Of a DNA stretch of 64,000 nt, positions 19,410-29,541 are shown piece after piece (position 1 is the stretch's first letter; every line of letters starts with the position of its first letter). A program made the translations under genes and the position numbers. Source of the stretch: Chitinophagales bacterium (lineage in GTDB: Bacteria; Bacteroidota; Bacteroidia; Chitinophagales; Chitinophagaceae); NCBI GenBank assembly GCA_038257425.1, contig JBBSJI010000002.1, positions 9,940-73,939 on the forward strand, written 5' to 3'. The notes beneath the pieces were generated by a model that was given only the letters and a program-made list of their open reading frames with translations, did no database searches and was not told where the DNA came from.

Positions 19410-22400
19410 ATGAAAAAATACTATTCATTCTTCTTTTTTCCGGTTCTGTTATTGAGTTATGTAGCTGTAACTGCCCAGGATAATGATATGCCTGTTCGTT
19501 TTGCAGCAGGCAATTTTATTACCGGCAATAATATTAAACGCCAAAGTTTTAATCCGGGCGGTCTCCAGGTTTCTCTTTATAAGAATAATTACTATGTTTT
19601 GGTTCAGTTTCTAAAATTGCCGTCTCTACAGGTTCAAAATGATTTAAGAATGGCAGGGCTGGATCTTGAAACCTATTTACCCGGCCATGCTTACCAGGCA
19701 ACTATAAATGGCAGTTTTGATTTTTCTCAGGCCAACAAGTACGGTATAATTTCTATAAATACTATTCCAGTCTTTTATAAAATTGATAAAGCAATTTTTA
19801 CTGTAAATGAATTTAATAAAAACGATCAATCATTAATAGCTGTCAGTTATTACGCTTCTTTAAACAAAACAGCAGTAATTATTGAATTGGAAAAAGCGGG
19901 TGCTGTAATAGTTGCTACAAAATTTTCAGCAACCAACGTGGTTTTTATACGGGCAGATCTCGGCTTGATACAAGCTATTGCATCGCTGCCTTTTGTAAGT
20001 TATGTGAGCTTGCAAAATTTAACCGATAAGCCATTAAATTATAAAAGCATCGGTAAGCATGCTGTAACCAGTTTGCTTTCGCCCTCAGGAAAAAACTTAA
20101 GTGGTAAAGGCATTGTGGTTGGTGTGGGCGATAATTCAGAAATTATTACACCGCATTTAGATTTTACGGGCCGGGTTATAAACCGGGTTCCATTTCCACT
20201 CAGTTTTCATGGCATACATGTTTCCGGAACTGTGGCCGGCGCAGGTTTATTGGATCCAAAACATAATGGCATGGCTCCCCGGGCTACCATTGTAAGCCAA
20301 TACCTGAGTGATATTATAACTTCAACACCAACCTATGTAACAGATTATAATATGGTTGTTACCAATAATTCATATACAAATGCTGAAGGCGGCTGTATAG
20401 GTACAGGGGCTTACGATGTAAGCAGTAATTATACTGATAAACAAATGGGGGATTATAAAAAATTGTTGCATGTTTTTGCTGCCGGTAATGATGGTAGTAA
20501 TACCTGTTCGCCTTATCCCTTATCATTTGCAACAATCAAATCGGGCTACCAGGTTGCAAAAAATGTTTTAACCGTTGGTGCTCTTGATACATTGTATGGC
20601 CCGGCCGTTTTTACCAGCCGTGGTCCGGTAAATGACGGCCGTTTAAAACCTGAAATTGTAGCAACGGGTGTGAATGTGTTTTCCACAAGACATGCTTTTG
20701 GTTACGAAAGAAGCAACGGCACCAGCATGTCATCACCAATTGTTGCCGGGGTAGCTACTTTGTTAAATGAGCAATACCGTAAATTCAATAGCAATGCTGT
20801 TCCCCAGGCATCATTAATAAAAGCAGTACTCTGCAATACAGCAGAAGATCTTGGCAACCCCGGCCCCGATTTTACTTTTGGTTTTGGAAATTTAAATGCA
20901 AGAAGAGCTGCTGAAACAATAGAAAATAACAGGTTCTATTTAAGTAGTACAACTCCTTCAACAAATGCTTTAACAGTACCTGTAGGTGTAAGGCGTTTAA
21001 AAGTGATGTTGTACTGGAACGATACTGCTGCTGCACCAAATGCTGCTACACAACTGATAAACGATTTTGATTTAACAGTTGTTGCACCGGGAAATATTAC
21101 ACATCAACCATTGATTTTAGATGCCACGCCAGCCAATGTTAATAACACGGCTTTTGAAGGCATTGACAGGATAAATAATATTGAGCAGGTTGTAATTGAT
21201 AACCCTGTTGCAGGTAGTTACGATGTAAATGTGAATGCATTTGCATTGCCATATGGCCCATGGGAATATGTGGTAACCTATCAAATGGATATGAATGGGG
21301 TAACTGTTGAGTATCCTTTCGGTGAAGAAAAAATGGTACCGGGTGAAACAGAAGTAATACGCTGGAATGCTTATGGTGATGAAGCAAATACTTTTACACT
21401 TGAATATTTTGATGGTAGTTCCTGGAACCTGATTAATAATAATGTACCTGCAGATGCACAGTCATATTACTGGGTTGTTCCATCAACTGTAAGTAATAAT
21501 TGTTTAGTAAGAGTTAGCAGGAATTCCTCTGCATATACTGATGTAAGTAATTTTAATTTCACCGTAATTGGCCAACCGGTGGTTGCGGCTACTATACCCT
21601 GTGATGGATTTGTGCAGTTGGATTGGCCTGCCACAAGCGGCACAACTTCTTATGATATCTGGCAGCTTAAAGCAGATACCATGGCCATCATTGGCAACAC
21701 TGCCAGCCTCTCTTATTTAATACCTGGCCTCAACAGTTCAACCACTTATTGGTTTGGAGTTAGTGCAAAGAACGGAACTGTTAATGGCAGAAGATCTGTT
21801 TCAAAGTCGGCATTGCCAGCAACAGGTGTTTGTACTTTATCCATTTTTGATAATAATATGAAAGCAGTTTCTGTTGATGCACCTGTTACAGGCAGGCAGT
21901 TTACATCTTCGGCTTTAACAGCATCTGAACAAATAAGATTCACCATTAAAAACCTGGATAATGTTGCCACTGCAGGGCCTTATGACTTGTACTATCAGAT
22001 AAATGGAGGCGCAACAATTATGGAAAGCAGTTCAGTTGCCATAGCAGCGTTGTCAACCCGTCAATATACTTTTACAACCACAGCCAATTTTTCCGCCCCC
22101 GGTATTTATACCATTAAAGCATGGGTTAAAAGAACCGGTGATACACATGTATTGGATGATACAGCAGCTTTAACCATAAAGCATTTGGCAAATGGGTTAG
22201 TTACGCTTCCTGTACTTGACGGATTTGAAAATGCATTGGCAAAGGATTATATAACTAATACCATTGGCCTGGACAGTATAGATCGTGTTGATTTTAAAGC
22301 AAACACAACAAGGGGCCGTGCCCGTACATTTGTAAACACCGGCTTTGCATTAAATGGAAGCAAGGCCATAACATTGGACCAGTTTCCCGTTGGGGCATTA

Positions 22401-24689
22401 AATACTGACAGCTTATTAATGACCTATAACCTGGGCAATTACATAAGCGGCCAGCAGTTGCGGTTAGATTTCTATTATAAAAACCACGGCCAGGAAAATT
22501 ATCCCAATAACAAAGTATGGGTACGTAGCAACGATACAAAACCCTGGGTTTTAGCTTATGATCTTATTGCCAACCAGGCTGCACTTGGACAATACAAACA
22601 TGCTGTTATTAATATTAACGATGTGCTGGATACTGTTGTACCTGCGCAACCCATCAGTAGTAGCTTTCAAATAAAAATAGGGCAGCAGGCCAATACCTCA
22701 GCCAATGTGCCCTATCCCATCATTGACCAGGATGATGGCTATACTTTTGATGATGTGGGTATCCGGGAAGCAACAAATGATATTGGTATCTATCGTATTG
22801 TTTCGCCATCAATCACCGGGTGCGGCATTGCGGGCAGCCAGCCTGTTTCAATTGAAATAAAAAATTACAGTAGTACAACATTTACCTCAGTTCCTGTCTA
22901 TTATTCTGTAAATGGCGGTACAGCTATGATGGAAACCATTGCATCACTGCCTCCAGGCATTTCACCTCATACTTTTGTATTACCAGAAAATCTTTTACCC
23001 GATACAGATTACAGTTTTAATTTCTGGATATATGAATCCACTGATAATTACAGGAGTAACGACAGTATACTAAATCATAATTTTCATACCAGCTCTGTTA
23101 TCAATACTTTTCCATACCTGGAAGGATTTGAAAGCAGTGAAGCAAACTGGTACAGCAAAGGGCAGAATAATAGTTGGCAGTGGGGTACGCCAACCAAAAC
23201 AATTATCAATAAAGCAGCTAACGGAACAAAGGCATGGGTAACTAATTTAACTGGTAAGTATAATTCAAATGAAATCTCATATTTATATTCTCCCTGCTTT
23301 AATTTAAGCGGGTTAACACAACCTGTCTTATCATTCAGTCATATTTTTCAAATTGAAGATAGAACTCCTGCAGACTATAACTGGATAGAATATTCCATCA
23401 ACGGAGGTGTTACCTGGAGCCGACTTGGGATTAATGGGGCTGGTACAAACTGGTATAATGATCCCACCGGTAAAAATCAATGGCGGCCATCTTTAAAAAC
23501 ATGGCATGTTGCCAGTATTGATATCCCCACTACAGGAACTAATGTTCGCTTCCGTTTTGTTTTTACAAGTGATCTTGGATTTAACCTGGAAGGTGTTGGA
23601 ATTGATGACATTCATATTTTCGAAAAGCAATTAATTTATTCTGATGTACCAATTACAGGTTTATCACAAAACGTTAGTGGTTCAAATTGGGTACATTTTA
23701 ATTCTGCTACCGGCAGGAGAGTTGCGTCCATAAATGCAAATGGTATTAGCCTGGGTAATACCATTGTTGATGTTTATCCATATACCGGAACGGTACGCAT
23801 TGACAATAACCAATATTACCTGAACCGCAATATAGTTATAAGGCCAACCACACAACCGGGAGCAAATGCCAGTGTACGTTTTTATTTTACTGATGCTGAA
23901 GCCAAACTTTTATTGGCAGCTTCGGGATGTGCACCTTGCACTCCAACTAAAGATCCATACGAACTGGGTGTAACCAAATACAGTGGTTCTGCTTCGCAGG
24001 AAAACGGAACCCTGCTTGATAATGGCGGCGGTATTTATTCATTCATCCTGCCTGCCAATACCGAGATCATTCCTTACGATAATGGATATTATGCCGAGTT
24101 TCCGGTAAGTAGCTTTAGTGAATTATGGCTGAACAATGGCGGAGTAGGAGGAGTAAATCCATTACCCGTTAACCTGCTAACTTTTGAGGCGGTTAAGCAA
24201 AGTAAAAAGGTGTTACTACAATGGACAACAGAAAATGAATTGAATGCTGATAAATTCCTGGTAGAAAGAAGTGCAGATGGAATAACCTATACAGGTATTG
24301 GAAATGTAGTTGCTTTAAATGGCAACACTAAAAATAATTACAACCTTGTAGATGTGCAACCTTTAGCGGGCCTGAATTTTTACCGGTTGAAAATGCTGGA
24401 CAAGGATGCCAGTTTCCGCTATTCTCCTGTAAGGAAAATTAATTTTAATGATGCAGGGGATGATATAACAGTTTATCCAAACCCTGTTGTTAATGCTGCA
24501 ATATTTATTGTTTCATCAACCAATTGCAATAAGGCTATTCTCTTTGATGCTGCAGGAAAAATGATCAGGGTATTTACACTTACAGGCAGAAGTAATACAC
24601 TTGACCTGGCCGGTATTGCAAAGGGCACATACCAGCTAAGGATATTTACAGAAAACTCCATGCACACAGAGAAGATAATTATTCAGTAA
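19410..24689 (+). CDS. secreted multidomain S8 (subtilisin-like) serine peptidase with T9SS C-terminal sorting domain
   Basis: 1759 aa with a signal peptide. Triad contexts are VGVGDNS, HGIHVSGTVAG and NGTSMSSPIVAG. Has repeated Ig/MAM-like modules (PYLEGFES...WQWGTP). The last ~80 aa resemble a Por/T9SS CTD. Confidence 0.9.
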   Translation: MKKYYSFFFFPVLLLSYVAVTAQDNDMPVRFAAGNFITGNNIKRQSFNPGGLQVSLYKNNYYVLVQFLKLPSLQVQNDLRMAGLDLETYLPGHAYQATINGSFDFSQANKYGIISINTIPVFYKIDKAIFTVNEFNKNDQSLIAVSYYASLNKTAVIIELEKAGAVIVATKFSATNVVFIRADLGLIQAIASLPFVSYVSLQNLTDKPLNYKSIGKHAVTSLLSPSGKNLSGKGIVVGVGDNSEIITPHLDFTGRVINRVPFPLSFHGIHVSGTVAGAGLLDPKHNGMAPRATIVSQYLSDIITSTPTYVTDYNMVVTNNSYTNAEGGCIGTGAYDVSSNYTDKQMGDYKKLLHVFAAGNDGSNTCSPYPLSFATIKSGYQVAKNVLTVGALDTLYGPAVFTSRGPVNDGRLKPEIVATGVNVFSTRHAFGYERSNGTSMSSPIVAGVATLLNEQYRKFNSNAVPQASLIKAVLCNTAEDLGNPGPDFTFGFGNLNARRAAETIENNRFYLSSTTPSTNALTVPVGVRRLKVMLYWNDTAAAPNAATQLINDFDLTVVAPGNITHQPLILDATPANVNNTAFEGIDRINNIEQVVIDNPVAGSYDVNVNAFALPYGPWEYVVTYQMDMNGVTVEYPFGEEKMVPGETEVIRWNAYGDEANTFTLEYFDGSSWNLINNNVPADAQSYYWVVPSTVSNNCLVRVSRNSSAYTDVSNFNFTVIGQPVVAATIPCDGFVQLDWPATSGTTSYDIWQLKADTMAIIGNTASLSYLIPGLNSSTTYWFGVSAKNGTVNGRRSVSKSALPATGVCTLSIFDNNMKAVSVDAPVTGRQFTSSALTASEQIRFTIKNLDNVATAGPYDLYYQINGGATIMESSSVAIAALSTRQYTFTTTANFSAPGIYTIKAWVKRTGDTHVLDDTAALTIKHLANGLVTLPVLDGFENALAKDYITNTIGLDSIDRVDFKANTTRGRARTFVNTGFALNGSKAITLDQFPVGALNTDSLLMTYNLGNYISGQQLRLDFYYKNHGQENYPNNKVWVRSNDTKPWVLAYDLIANQAALGQYKHAVININDVLDTVVPAQPISSSFQIKIGQQANTSANVPYPIIDQDDGYTFDDVGIREATNDIGIYRIVSPSITGCGIAGSQPVSIEIKNYSSTTFTSVPVYYSVNGGTAMMETIASLPPGISPHTFVLPENLLPDTDYSFNFWIYESTDNYRSNDSILNHNFHTSSVINTFPYLEGFESSEANWYSKGQNNSWQWGTPTKTIINKAANGTKAWVTNLTGKYNSNEISYLYSPCFNLSGLTQPVLSFSHIFQIEDRTPADYNWIEYSINGGVTWSRLGINGAGTNWYNDPTGKNQWRPSLKTWHVASIDIPTTGTNVRFRFVFTSDLGFNLEGVGIDDIHIFEKQLIYSDVPITGLSQNVSGSNWVHFNSATGRRVASINANGISLGNTIVDVYPYTGTVRIDNNQYYLNRNIVIRPTTQPGANASVRFYFTDAEAKLLLAASGCAPCTPTKDPYELGVTKYSGSASQENGTLLDNGGGIYSFILPANTEIIPYDNGYYAEFPVSSFSELWLNNGGVGGVNPLPVNLLTFEAVKQSKKVLLQWTTENELNADKFLVERSADGITYTGIGNVVALNGNTKNNYNLVDVQPLAGLNFYRLKMLDKDASFRYSPVRKINFNDAGDDITVYPNPVVNAAIFIVSSTNCNKAILFDAAGKMIRVFTLTGRSNTLDLAGIAKGTYQLRIFTENSMHTEKIIIQ

Positions 24690-24706
24690 AGCATATTTTT
24701 ATTTGT

Positions 24707-24750
24707 AAAATGCTTCTGTATTTGAATATACAGAAGCATTTTTTATTTTA
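24707..24750 (+). terminator. terminator of the S8 protease gene
   Basis: AAAATGCTTCTGTA-8 nt-TACAGAAGCATTTT followed by a T-run. Confidence 0.7.
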
Positions 24751-24780
24751 TTTATTTGTAACTTACCGCAAACATCATTA

Positions 24781-25500
24781 ATGGCATTACAACCATGGCG
24801 TACCGGTAAAGTTATCCGGGTAGAAAATGAAACGAAGGACACAAAACGATACTGGATTGAGGTGCCTGAGTTAACTACTTTCGATTTTATTCCCGGGCAA
24901 TTTGTAACACTTGATCTCCCTATTCACGAAAAAGCAAATAAGCGCTGGCGAAGTTATTCTATTGCGTCCTGGCCCGATGGCAGCAATGTTTTTGAACTGG
25001 TTATCGTACTGGATAAAAAAGGAGCCGGCACCAATTATATTTTTCATGATGTGAAAGTTGGCTCAGAACTCAGTTTTCGGGGAGCACAGGGCGTTTTCAC
25101 ATTAAGGGAACCTTTGGATAAAGATATTTTCCTGATATGCACCGGTACCGGCATAGCACCTTTCCGGAGCATGGTCAATCATATAAAAAATCAAAACATT
25201 CCTCACCAGCAGGTTCACCTCATTTTTGGATGCCGTACAAAGGATAACATTTTATATTATGATGAAATGAAAAAACTGGAAGAAACCGTTTCTTCTTTTA
25301 AATATATACCAACACTTTCAAGAGAGGAGTGGGATGGTGCTACAGGATATGTGCATCCTATATATGAAGAACTCTGTAAAGATAAAGGGCCGGCCAATTT
25401 TTATTTGTGCGGATGGCGTGGTATGATTGATGAGGCTAAGCAAAGGATCCTGGAAATGGGTTACGATAAAAAAGATATCCATATTGAGATCTATGGTTGA
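24781..25500 (+). CDS. ferredoxin-NADP reductase-type FAD/NAD(P)-binding oxidoreductase
   Basis: 239 aa with RxYS FAD motif (RWRSYSIAS) and GTGIAPF nucleotide-binding motif. Confidence 0.85.
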   Translation: MALQPWRTGKVIRVENETKDTKRYWIEVPELTTFDFIPGQFVTLDLPIHEKANKRWRSYSIASWPDGSNVFELVIVLDKKGAGTNYIFHDVKVGSELSFRGAQGVFTLREPLDKDIFLICTGTGIAPFRSMVNHIKNQNIPHQQVHLIFGCRTKDNILYYDEMKKLEETVSSFKYIPTLSREEWDGATGYVHPIYEELCKDKGPANFYLCGWRGMIDEAKQRILEMGYDKKDIHIEIYG

Positions 25501-25644
25501 TTAACCGGGAGCGTGTAAGACATTTTTAAATTATGATAAAGATCATGCGCTATGATAAAGCTTTTGCTTGTGAACAAGTTTACTGAACCCTTTTTTTCAT
25601 TATCTTGTAGCACTAAATTTTTATAATTCATTAATTCAATTTCT

Positions 25645-25995
25645 ATGGGTGCTTCTTCCATGATTGTTTTGATTATTGCAGGGCTTGCATTTTCCATTAT
25701 TACAATTATGGTTGCTAAGGTGCTCACGAAGGGAACAAAAAATGCACAGAAAGGTGAGCCTTACGAATGTGGAATACCTACGCAGGGTAAAACATGGGTA
25801 CAGCTAAACGTAGGCTATTATTTATTTGCTCTTATCTTTTTAATTTTTGATGTAGAACTCATCTTTATTTTTCCATGGGCTGTTGTAGCCAAGTCGGTGG
25901 GCTGGCTTGCTTTGGTAGAGATCATCATTTTCTTTTTTATTTTATTTATGGGATTCTTATATGCACATAAAAAAGGTGCGTTGAAGTGGAAATAG
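25645..25995 (+). CDS. nuoA: NADH-quinone oxidoreductase subunit A
   Basis: 116 aa with 3 TM segments and the conserved PYECG motif. First gene of the nuo cluster. Confidence 0.92.
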   Translation: MGASSMIVLIIAGLAFSIITIMVAKVLTKGTKNAQKGEPYECGIPTQGKTWVQLNVGYYLFALIFLIFDVELIFIFPWAVVAKSVGWLALVEIIIFFFILFMGFLYAHKKGALKWK

Positions 25996-26025
25996 CGCCC
26001 ACCCAAACCCTCCCGAATGGAGGGC
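25996..26025 (-). repeat. GC-hairpin unit D (reverse orientation)
   Basis: CGCCCACCCAAA + CCCTCC-CGAAT-GGAGGG. Begins at the base after the nuoA TAG stop. Confidence 0.8.
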
Positions 26026-26040
26026 TTTAAAGAGTATAAT

Positions 26041-26619
26041 ATGCGGAACAGCTTTTCAAATAATTCAGAGTCTTCAAAAGCCCCTCCGAAGGAGGGGCTT
26101 GGGGAGGCCTCTTTTCCGGGCCAGATACAGGAACTGCCCGGCGGGGGTATTGTATTAAGCAAGCTTGATGAGGTTATCAACTGGGCAAGGTCAAACTCTT
26201 TATGGCCGCTCACCTTTGCTACAAGTTGTTGCGGTATTGAAATGATGGCCGTAGCTTCTGCAAAGTATGATTTCTCAAGATTTGGATTTGAAGTGGCACG
26301 TGCTTCACCGAGGCAGGCAGATGTAATTATTATTGCCGGTACCATAGTAAATAAGATGGGACCGGTTTTAAAAAGATTGTACGACCAGATGGCTGATCCC
26401 AAATACGTGATCGCCATGGGGGCCTGTGCTATAAGTGGCGGACCTTTTTTTTATAATACTTATTCTGTTGTTAAAGGTGCAGATCATATTATACCGGTGG
26501 ATGTATATATACCCGGTTGCCCGCCAAGGCCCGAAGCACTGTTACATGCACTGATAAGCTTACAGGATAAAATAAAAGCCGGTATGACAAGAGAGCAAAT
26601 AAAGACCGGTAAAGAATAA
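26041..26619 (+). CDS. nuoB: NADH-quinone oxidoreductase subunit B
   Basis: Cluster-N2 ligand motifs [15 protein letters not shown] and IPGCPPRPE. The track start at 26017 lies in the loop of hairpin D, so I prefer the ATG at 26041. The N-terminus contains repeat unit E. Confidence 0.93.
   Translation: MRNSFSNNSESSKAPPKEGLGEASFPGQIQELPGGGIVLSKLDEVINWARSNSLWPLTFATSCCGIEMMAVASAKYDFSRFGFEVARASPRQADVIIIAGTIVNKMGPVLKRLYDQMADPKYVIAMGACAISGGPFFYNTYSVVKGADHIIPVDVYIPGCPPRPEALLHALISLQDKIKAGMTREQIKTGKE
26080..26109 (+). repeat. GC-hairpin unit E (forward), translated in nuoB
   Basis: GCCCCTCC-GAA-GGAGGGGC + TTGGGGAGGCC. Encodes [10 protein letters not shown] in the nuoB frame. Confidence 0.85.
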
Positions 26620-26621
26620 TT

Positions 26622-27080
26622 ATGGGGAACGAAGCCTTAAAGACCAAAATAACTGAACTGGTTGCTGCTGCCACTTTTGATGAAACGGGTGAGTGGCTTA
26701 GTATTTCTGTTGACTCCAAAGATTGGCTGCCTCTTGCTCAACAACTTCACTATGAAGAAAACCTACAGTTCGATTATCTTTTCTGTTTAACGTGCATTGA
26801 TTTTAAAGCAAACCTTACGATGGTTTACCATCTTAGCTCAACCATATTCCGGCATAATATAGTTATAAAATCTGTTCTTAATAGAGACAAACCCGAAATT
26901 GAATCTGTAAGTCATATCTGGAAGACGGCGGATTTTCACGAACGGGAAGCATATGAAATGTTTGGTGTAGATTTTTTAAACCATCCCGACCTGAGGTTAT
27001 TGATATTACCTGATGGATGGGAGGGAAAGAATCCGATGCGGAAAGATTTTGAGGATCCGGTGAATATGATCAAATTGTAA
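26622..27080 (+). CDS. nuoC: NADH-quinone oxidoreductase subunit C
   Basis: 152 aa with the 30-kDa subunit motif HEREAYEMFGVDF. Confidence 0.92.
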   Translation: MGNEALKTKITELVAAATFDETGEWLSISVDSKDWLPLAQQLHYEENLQFDYLFCLTCIDFKANLTMVYHLSSTIFRHNIVIKSVLNRDKPEIESVSHIWKTADFHEREAYEMFGVDFLNHPDLRLLILPDGWEGKNPMRKDFEDPVNMIKL

Positions 27081-27081
27081 A

Positions 27082-27106
27082 GCCCCCTCAATCCCCCGAA
27101 GGGGGA
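27082..27106 (-). repeat. GC-hairpin unit F (reverse)
   Basis: GCCCCCTCAA + TCCCCC-GAA-GGGGGA, starting 2 nt after the nuoC TAA stop. Confidence 0.8.
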
Positions 27107-27123
27107 AACAAAGCAAGAGAATA

Positions 27124-28278
27124 ATGTATAGAAATACTGATATAATTAGCGAAGGTTCTCAAAGCCCCTCCTTTGGAGGGGTTGGGGAGGCCGGTGATCT
27201 GATCATCAATGTAGGGCCGCAGCATCCTGCAACACATGGTGTATTGCACCTGGTGATCACCCTTAATGGTGAAACTATTAAAAAGGTAGAGCCGCACCTG
27301 GGTTATATTCACCGCTCTATTGAAAAAATGTGTGAGAGCCTCACCTACCGCCAATTCATTTATGTTACCAGCCGCATGGATTATCTCTCTGCCCATATCA
27401 ATAACCAGGCCTGTGCGTTAACGGTAGAGAAAGGTTTGCAGGTGGAGGTTCCCGAAAGGGCTCAAGTGATTAGAGTGCTTATGGCAGAACTTACAAGAAT
27501 TGCATCGCATGAATTATGGTGGGGTGCTATGGCCATGGATATTGGTGCGTTCACACCTTTCTTTCATGCGTTCAGGGAAAGAGAGACCATTAATGATATC
27601 ATGGAAGAAACCTGCGGTGCCAGGTTAACCATGAATTATATGGTGCCTGGTGGCGTAATGCAGGAACTGCATCCCGACTTTCAAAAGAAGGTAAAAGAAT
27701 TCATCACGCTCTTTAAATCGAAAGTGCATGAGTATGATGAAATGGTTACGGGTAATATTATTTTTCAAAACCGGATGAAGGGTGTAGGTATCTTATCAAA
27801 AGAAGATGCGATTTCTTTTGGTTGCACGGGCCCTACAGGCAGGGGGAGTGGCCTGAGTTGTGATATCAGGAAATTATATCCTTACGATGCTTATAGTAAA
27901 GTGCAGTTTGAGGAGATCATTGAAACAGCCGGCGATTCACTGGCCCGTTACATGGTACGCATAAAAGAACTGCATCAATCCATACATATAATAGAACAAT
28001 TGATAGATAATATTCCCGAAGGAGATTTTCAGGCTAAGACAAAAGCCGTTTTAAAATTACCCAAGGGTGAGTTTTACCAAAGAGTGGAAACAGCAAGAGG
28101 AGAGTTTGGTGTGTACATAGTAAGTGAAGGTGGCATGACACCTTACCGGATCAAATTCCGTTCACCAGGATTTTCAAATCTTTCAGCATTGGATCATATG
28201 GCAAGAGGGAGTAAGCTGGGAGATTTGGTGGCGATGATGGGAACACTTGATTTGGTGATACCGGATATTGACAGATAA
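27124..28278 (+). CDS. nuoD: NADH-quinone oxidoreductase subunit D
   Basis: 384 aa with NVGPQHPATHGVLHLV and C-terminal DLVIPDIDR. The N-terminus contains repeat unit G. Confidence 0.95.
   Translation: MYRNTDIISEGSQSPSFGGVGEAGDLIINVGPQHPATHGVLHLVITLNGETIKKVEPHLGYIHRSIEKMCESLTYRQFIYVTSRMDYLSAHINNQACALTVEKGLQVEVPERAQVIRVLMAELTRIASHELWWGAMAMDIGAFTPFFHAFRERETINDIMEETCGARLTMNYMVPGGVMQELHPDFQKKVKEFITLFKSKVHEYDEMVTGNIIFQNRMKGVGILSKEDAISFGCTGPTGRGSGLSCDIRKLYPYDAYSKVQFEEIIETAGDSLARYMVRIKELHQSIHIIEQLIDNIPEGDFQAKTKAVLKLPKGEFYQRVETARGEFGVYIVSEGGMTPYRIKFRSPGFSNLSALDHMARGSKLGDLVAMMGTLDLVIPDIDR
27164..27192 (+). repeat. GC-hairpin unit G (forward), translated in nuoD
   Basis: GCCCCTCC-TTT-GGAGGGG + TTGGGGAGGCC. 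Encodes SPSFGGVGEA. Near-identical to unit E. Confidence 0.85.
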
Positions 28279-28283
28279 AAAAA

Positions 28284-28372
28284 TAATAATGAACAAGGAA
28301 CAAGGAATCCCGAACAAGGAAGTGGGTATTCCGATTGTTATTCATAATTCCTTGTTCCTTGTTCGATATTCA
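28284..28372. repeat. tandem-arm long hairpin X1 (GAACAAG-repeat arms)
   Basis: Left arm AATAATGAACAAGGAACAAGGAAT, right arm ATTCCTTGTTCCTTGTTCGATATTCA, giving an 18-bp perfect stem. Fills the nuoD-nuoH spacer. Arms are identical to X2. Confidence 0.9.
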
Positions 28373-28376
28373 TAAG

Positions 28377-29453
28377 ATGTGGAGTTTAAATAAAATATCG
28401 TCTTCCATTCAGGATTGGTTGAACCAAACATTCGATCCAACCTGGTCATTGATCTTTCAAATGCTCATTGCAGGCATTGCTGTGATCAGCCTGTTTGCTG
28501 TGCTGGGTTTAGTTTTAGTGTTGATGGAAAGAAGGGTTGCCGCCTGGATGCAGATCAGGCTGGGACCCAACCGGGTTGGTCCAAAAGGTTTATTACAATC
28601 CTTCGCTGATACTTTAAAATTGTTGGTGAAAGAAGGTTTAACTCCAAATGGTGCTGATAAATTCTTATTCAACCTGGCACCTATCATTGCATTGGTTGTT
28701 GCTATGCTTTTAATGGCACCTATTGCTTTTGCAAAAGATTTTCAACTCTGGAATTTAAATATAGGCGTACTGTATGTATCAGCAGTTTCTTCCATTATGA
28801 TCATCAGTATTTTAATGGCAGGCTGGGCAAGCAATAATAAATATTCATTGATGGGCGCTATGCGTAGCGGTGCACAGATCGTAAGCTATGAATTATCTGC
28901 AGGCCTTTCCATTCTTACGATAGTTGTATTAACAGGCAGCCTGAATATTTCCGACATCATTTATTCGCAGGCAGATGGCTGGTGGATATTTAAAGGACAT
29001 ATACCCGTAATCATTTCGTTTGTAATATTTATAATTGCCGTTACTGCAGAAACCAACCGGGCGCCTTTTGACCTGGCAGAAGCAGAATCAGAATTGACTG
29101 CAGGGTTTCATACTGAATATTCAGGGATGAAATTCGCCTTGTTCTTTTTAGCAGAGTATGTAAATGTATTTATTGTATGTGCTATTGGAGCCACATTGTT
29201 TTTAGGTGGATGGATGCCTTTACATATTGGTAACTGGGAAGGCTTTAATCATGTGATGGATTATATTCCATCCAGCGTATGGTTCTTTGGAAAAACGTTC
29301 TTCCTGATCTTTGTAATTATGTGGTTCAGGTGGACATTCCCCCGCCTCCGTATTGACCAGTTATTGAATTTAGAATGGAAATATTTGTTACCGATAAGTA
29401 TGTTTAATCTACTGTTGGTTACAGCGATCGCAATATTGGGATGGCATTTTTGA
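28377..29453 (+). CDS. nuoH: NADH-quinone oxidoreductase subunit H
   Basis: Motifs RLGPNRVGPKGLLQ and TAETNRAPFDLAEAESEL. I moved the start to 28377 because the track start at 28335 translates the X1 repeat arm (IPCSLFDIHK). Confidence 0.93.
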   Translation: MWSLNKISSSIQDWLNQTFDPTWSLIFQMLIAGIAVISLFAVLGLVLVLMERRVAAWMQIRLGPNRVGPKGLLQSFADTLKLLVKEGLTPNGADKFLFNLAPIIALVVAMLLMAPIAFAKDFQLWNLNIGVLYVSAVSSIMIISILMAGWASNNKYSLMGAMRSGAQIVSYELSAGLSILTIVVLTGSLNISDIIYSQADGWWIFKGHIPVIISFVIFIIAVTAETNRAPFDLAEAESELTAGFHTEYSGMKFALFFLAEYVNVFIVCAIGATLFLGGWMPLHIGNWEGFNHVMDYIPSSVWFFGKTFFLIFVIMWFRWTFPRLRIDQLLNLEWKYLLPISMFNLLLVTAIAILGWHF

Positions 29454-29476
29454 CCCCCAGCCCCCTGAAGGGGGAG
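29454..29476 (-). repeat. GC-hairpin unit H (reverse)
   Basis: CCCCCAG + CCCCC-TGAA-GGGGG, beginning at the base after the nuoH TGA stop. Confidence 0.75.
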
Positions 29477-29541
29477 TATTGCGAAGATTGTGTTGTAAAT
29501 ATTGTAGAAGTATTGAAGTAATAAAATTATAGTGTTATAAT

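Noticed and set aside
28335-28376. N-terminal extensions of nuoH (from 28335) and nuoN (from 35139) given in the ORF track.
   Set aside because: The extra codons translate the arms of repeats X1 and X2 (…IPCSLFDIHK, MFLVRYSNKN). Internal ATGs at 28377 and 35169 sit right after the repeat and give normal N-termini.
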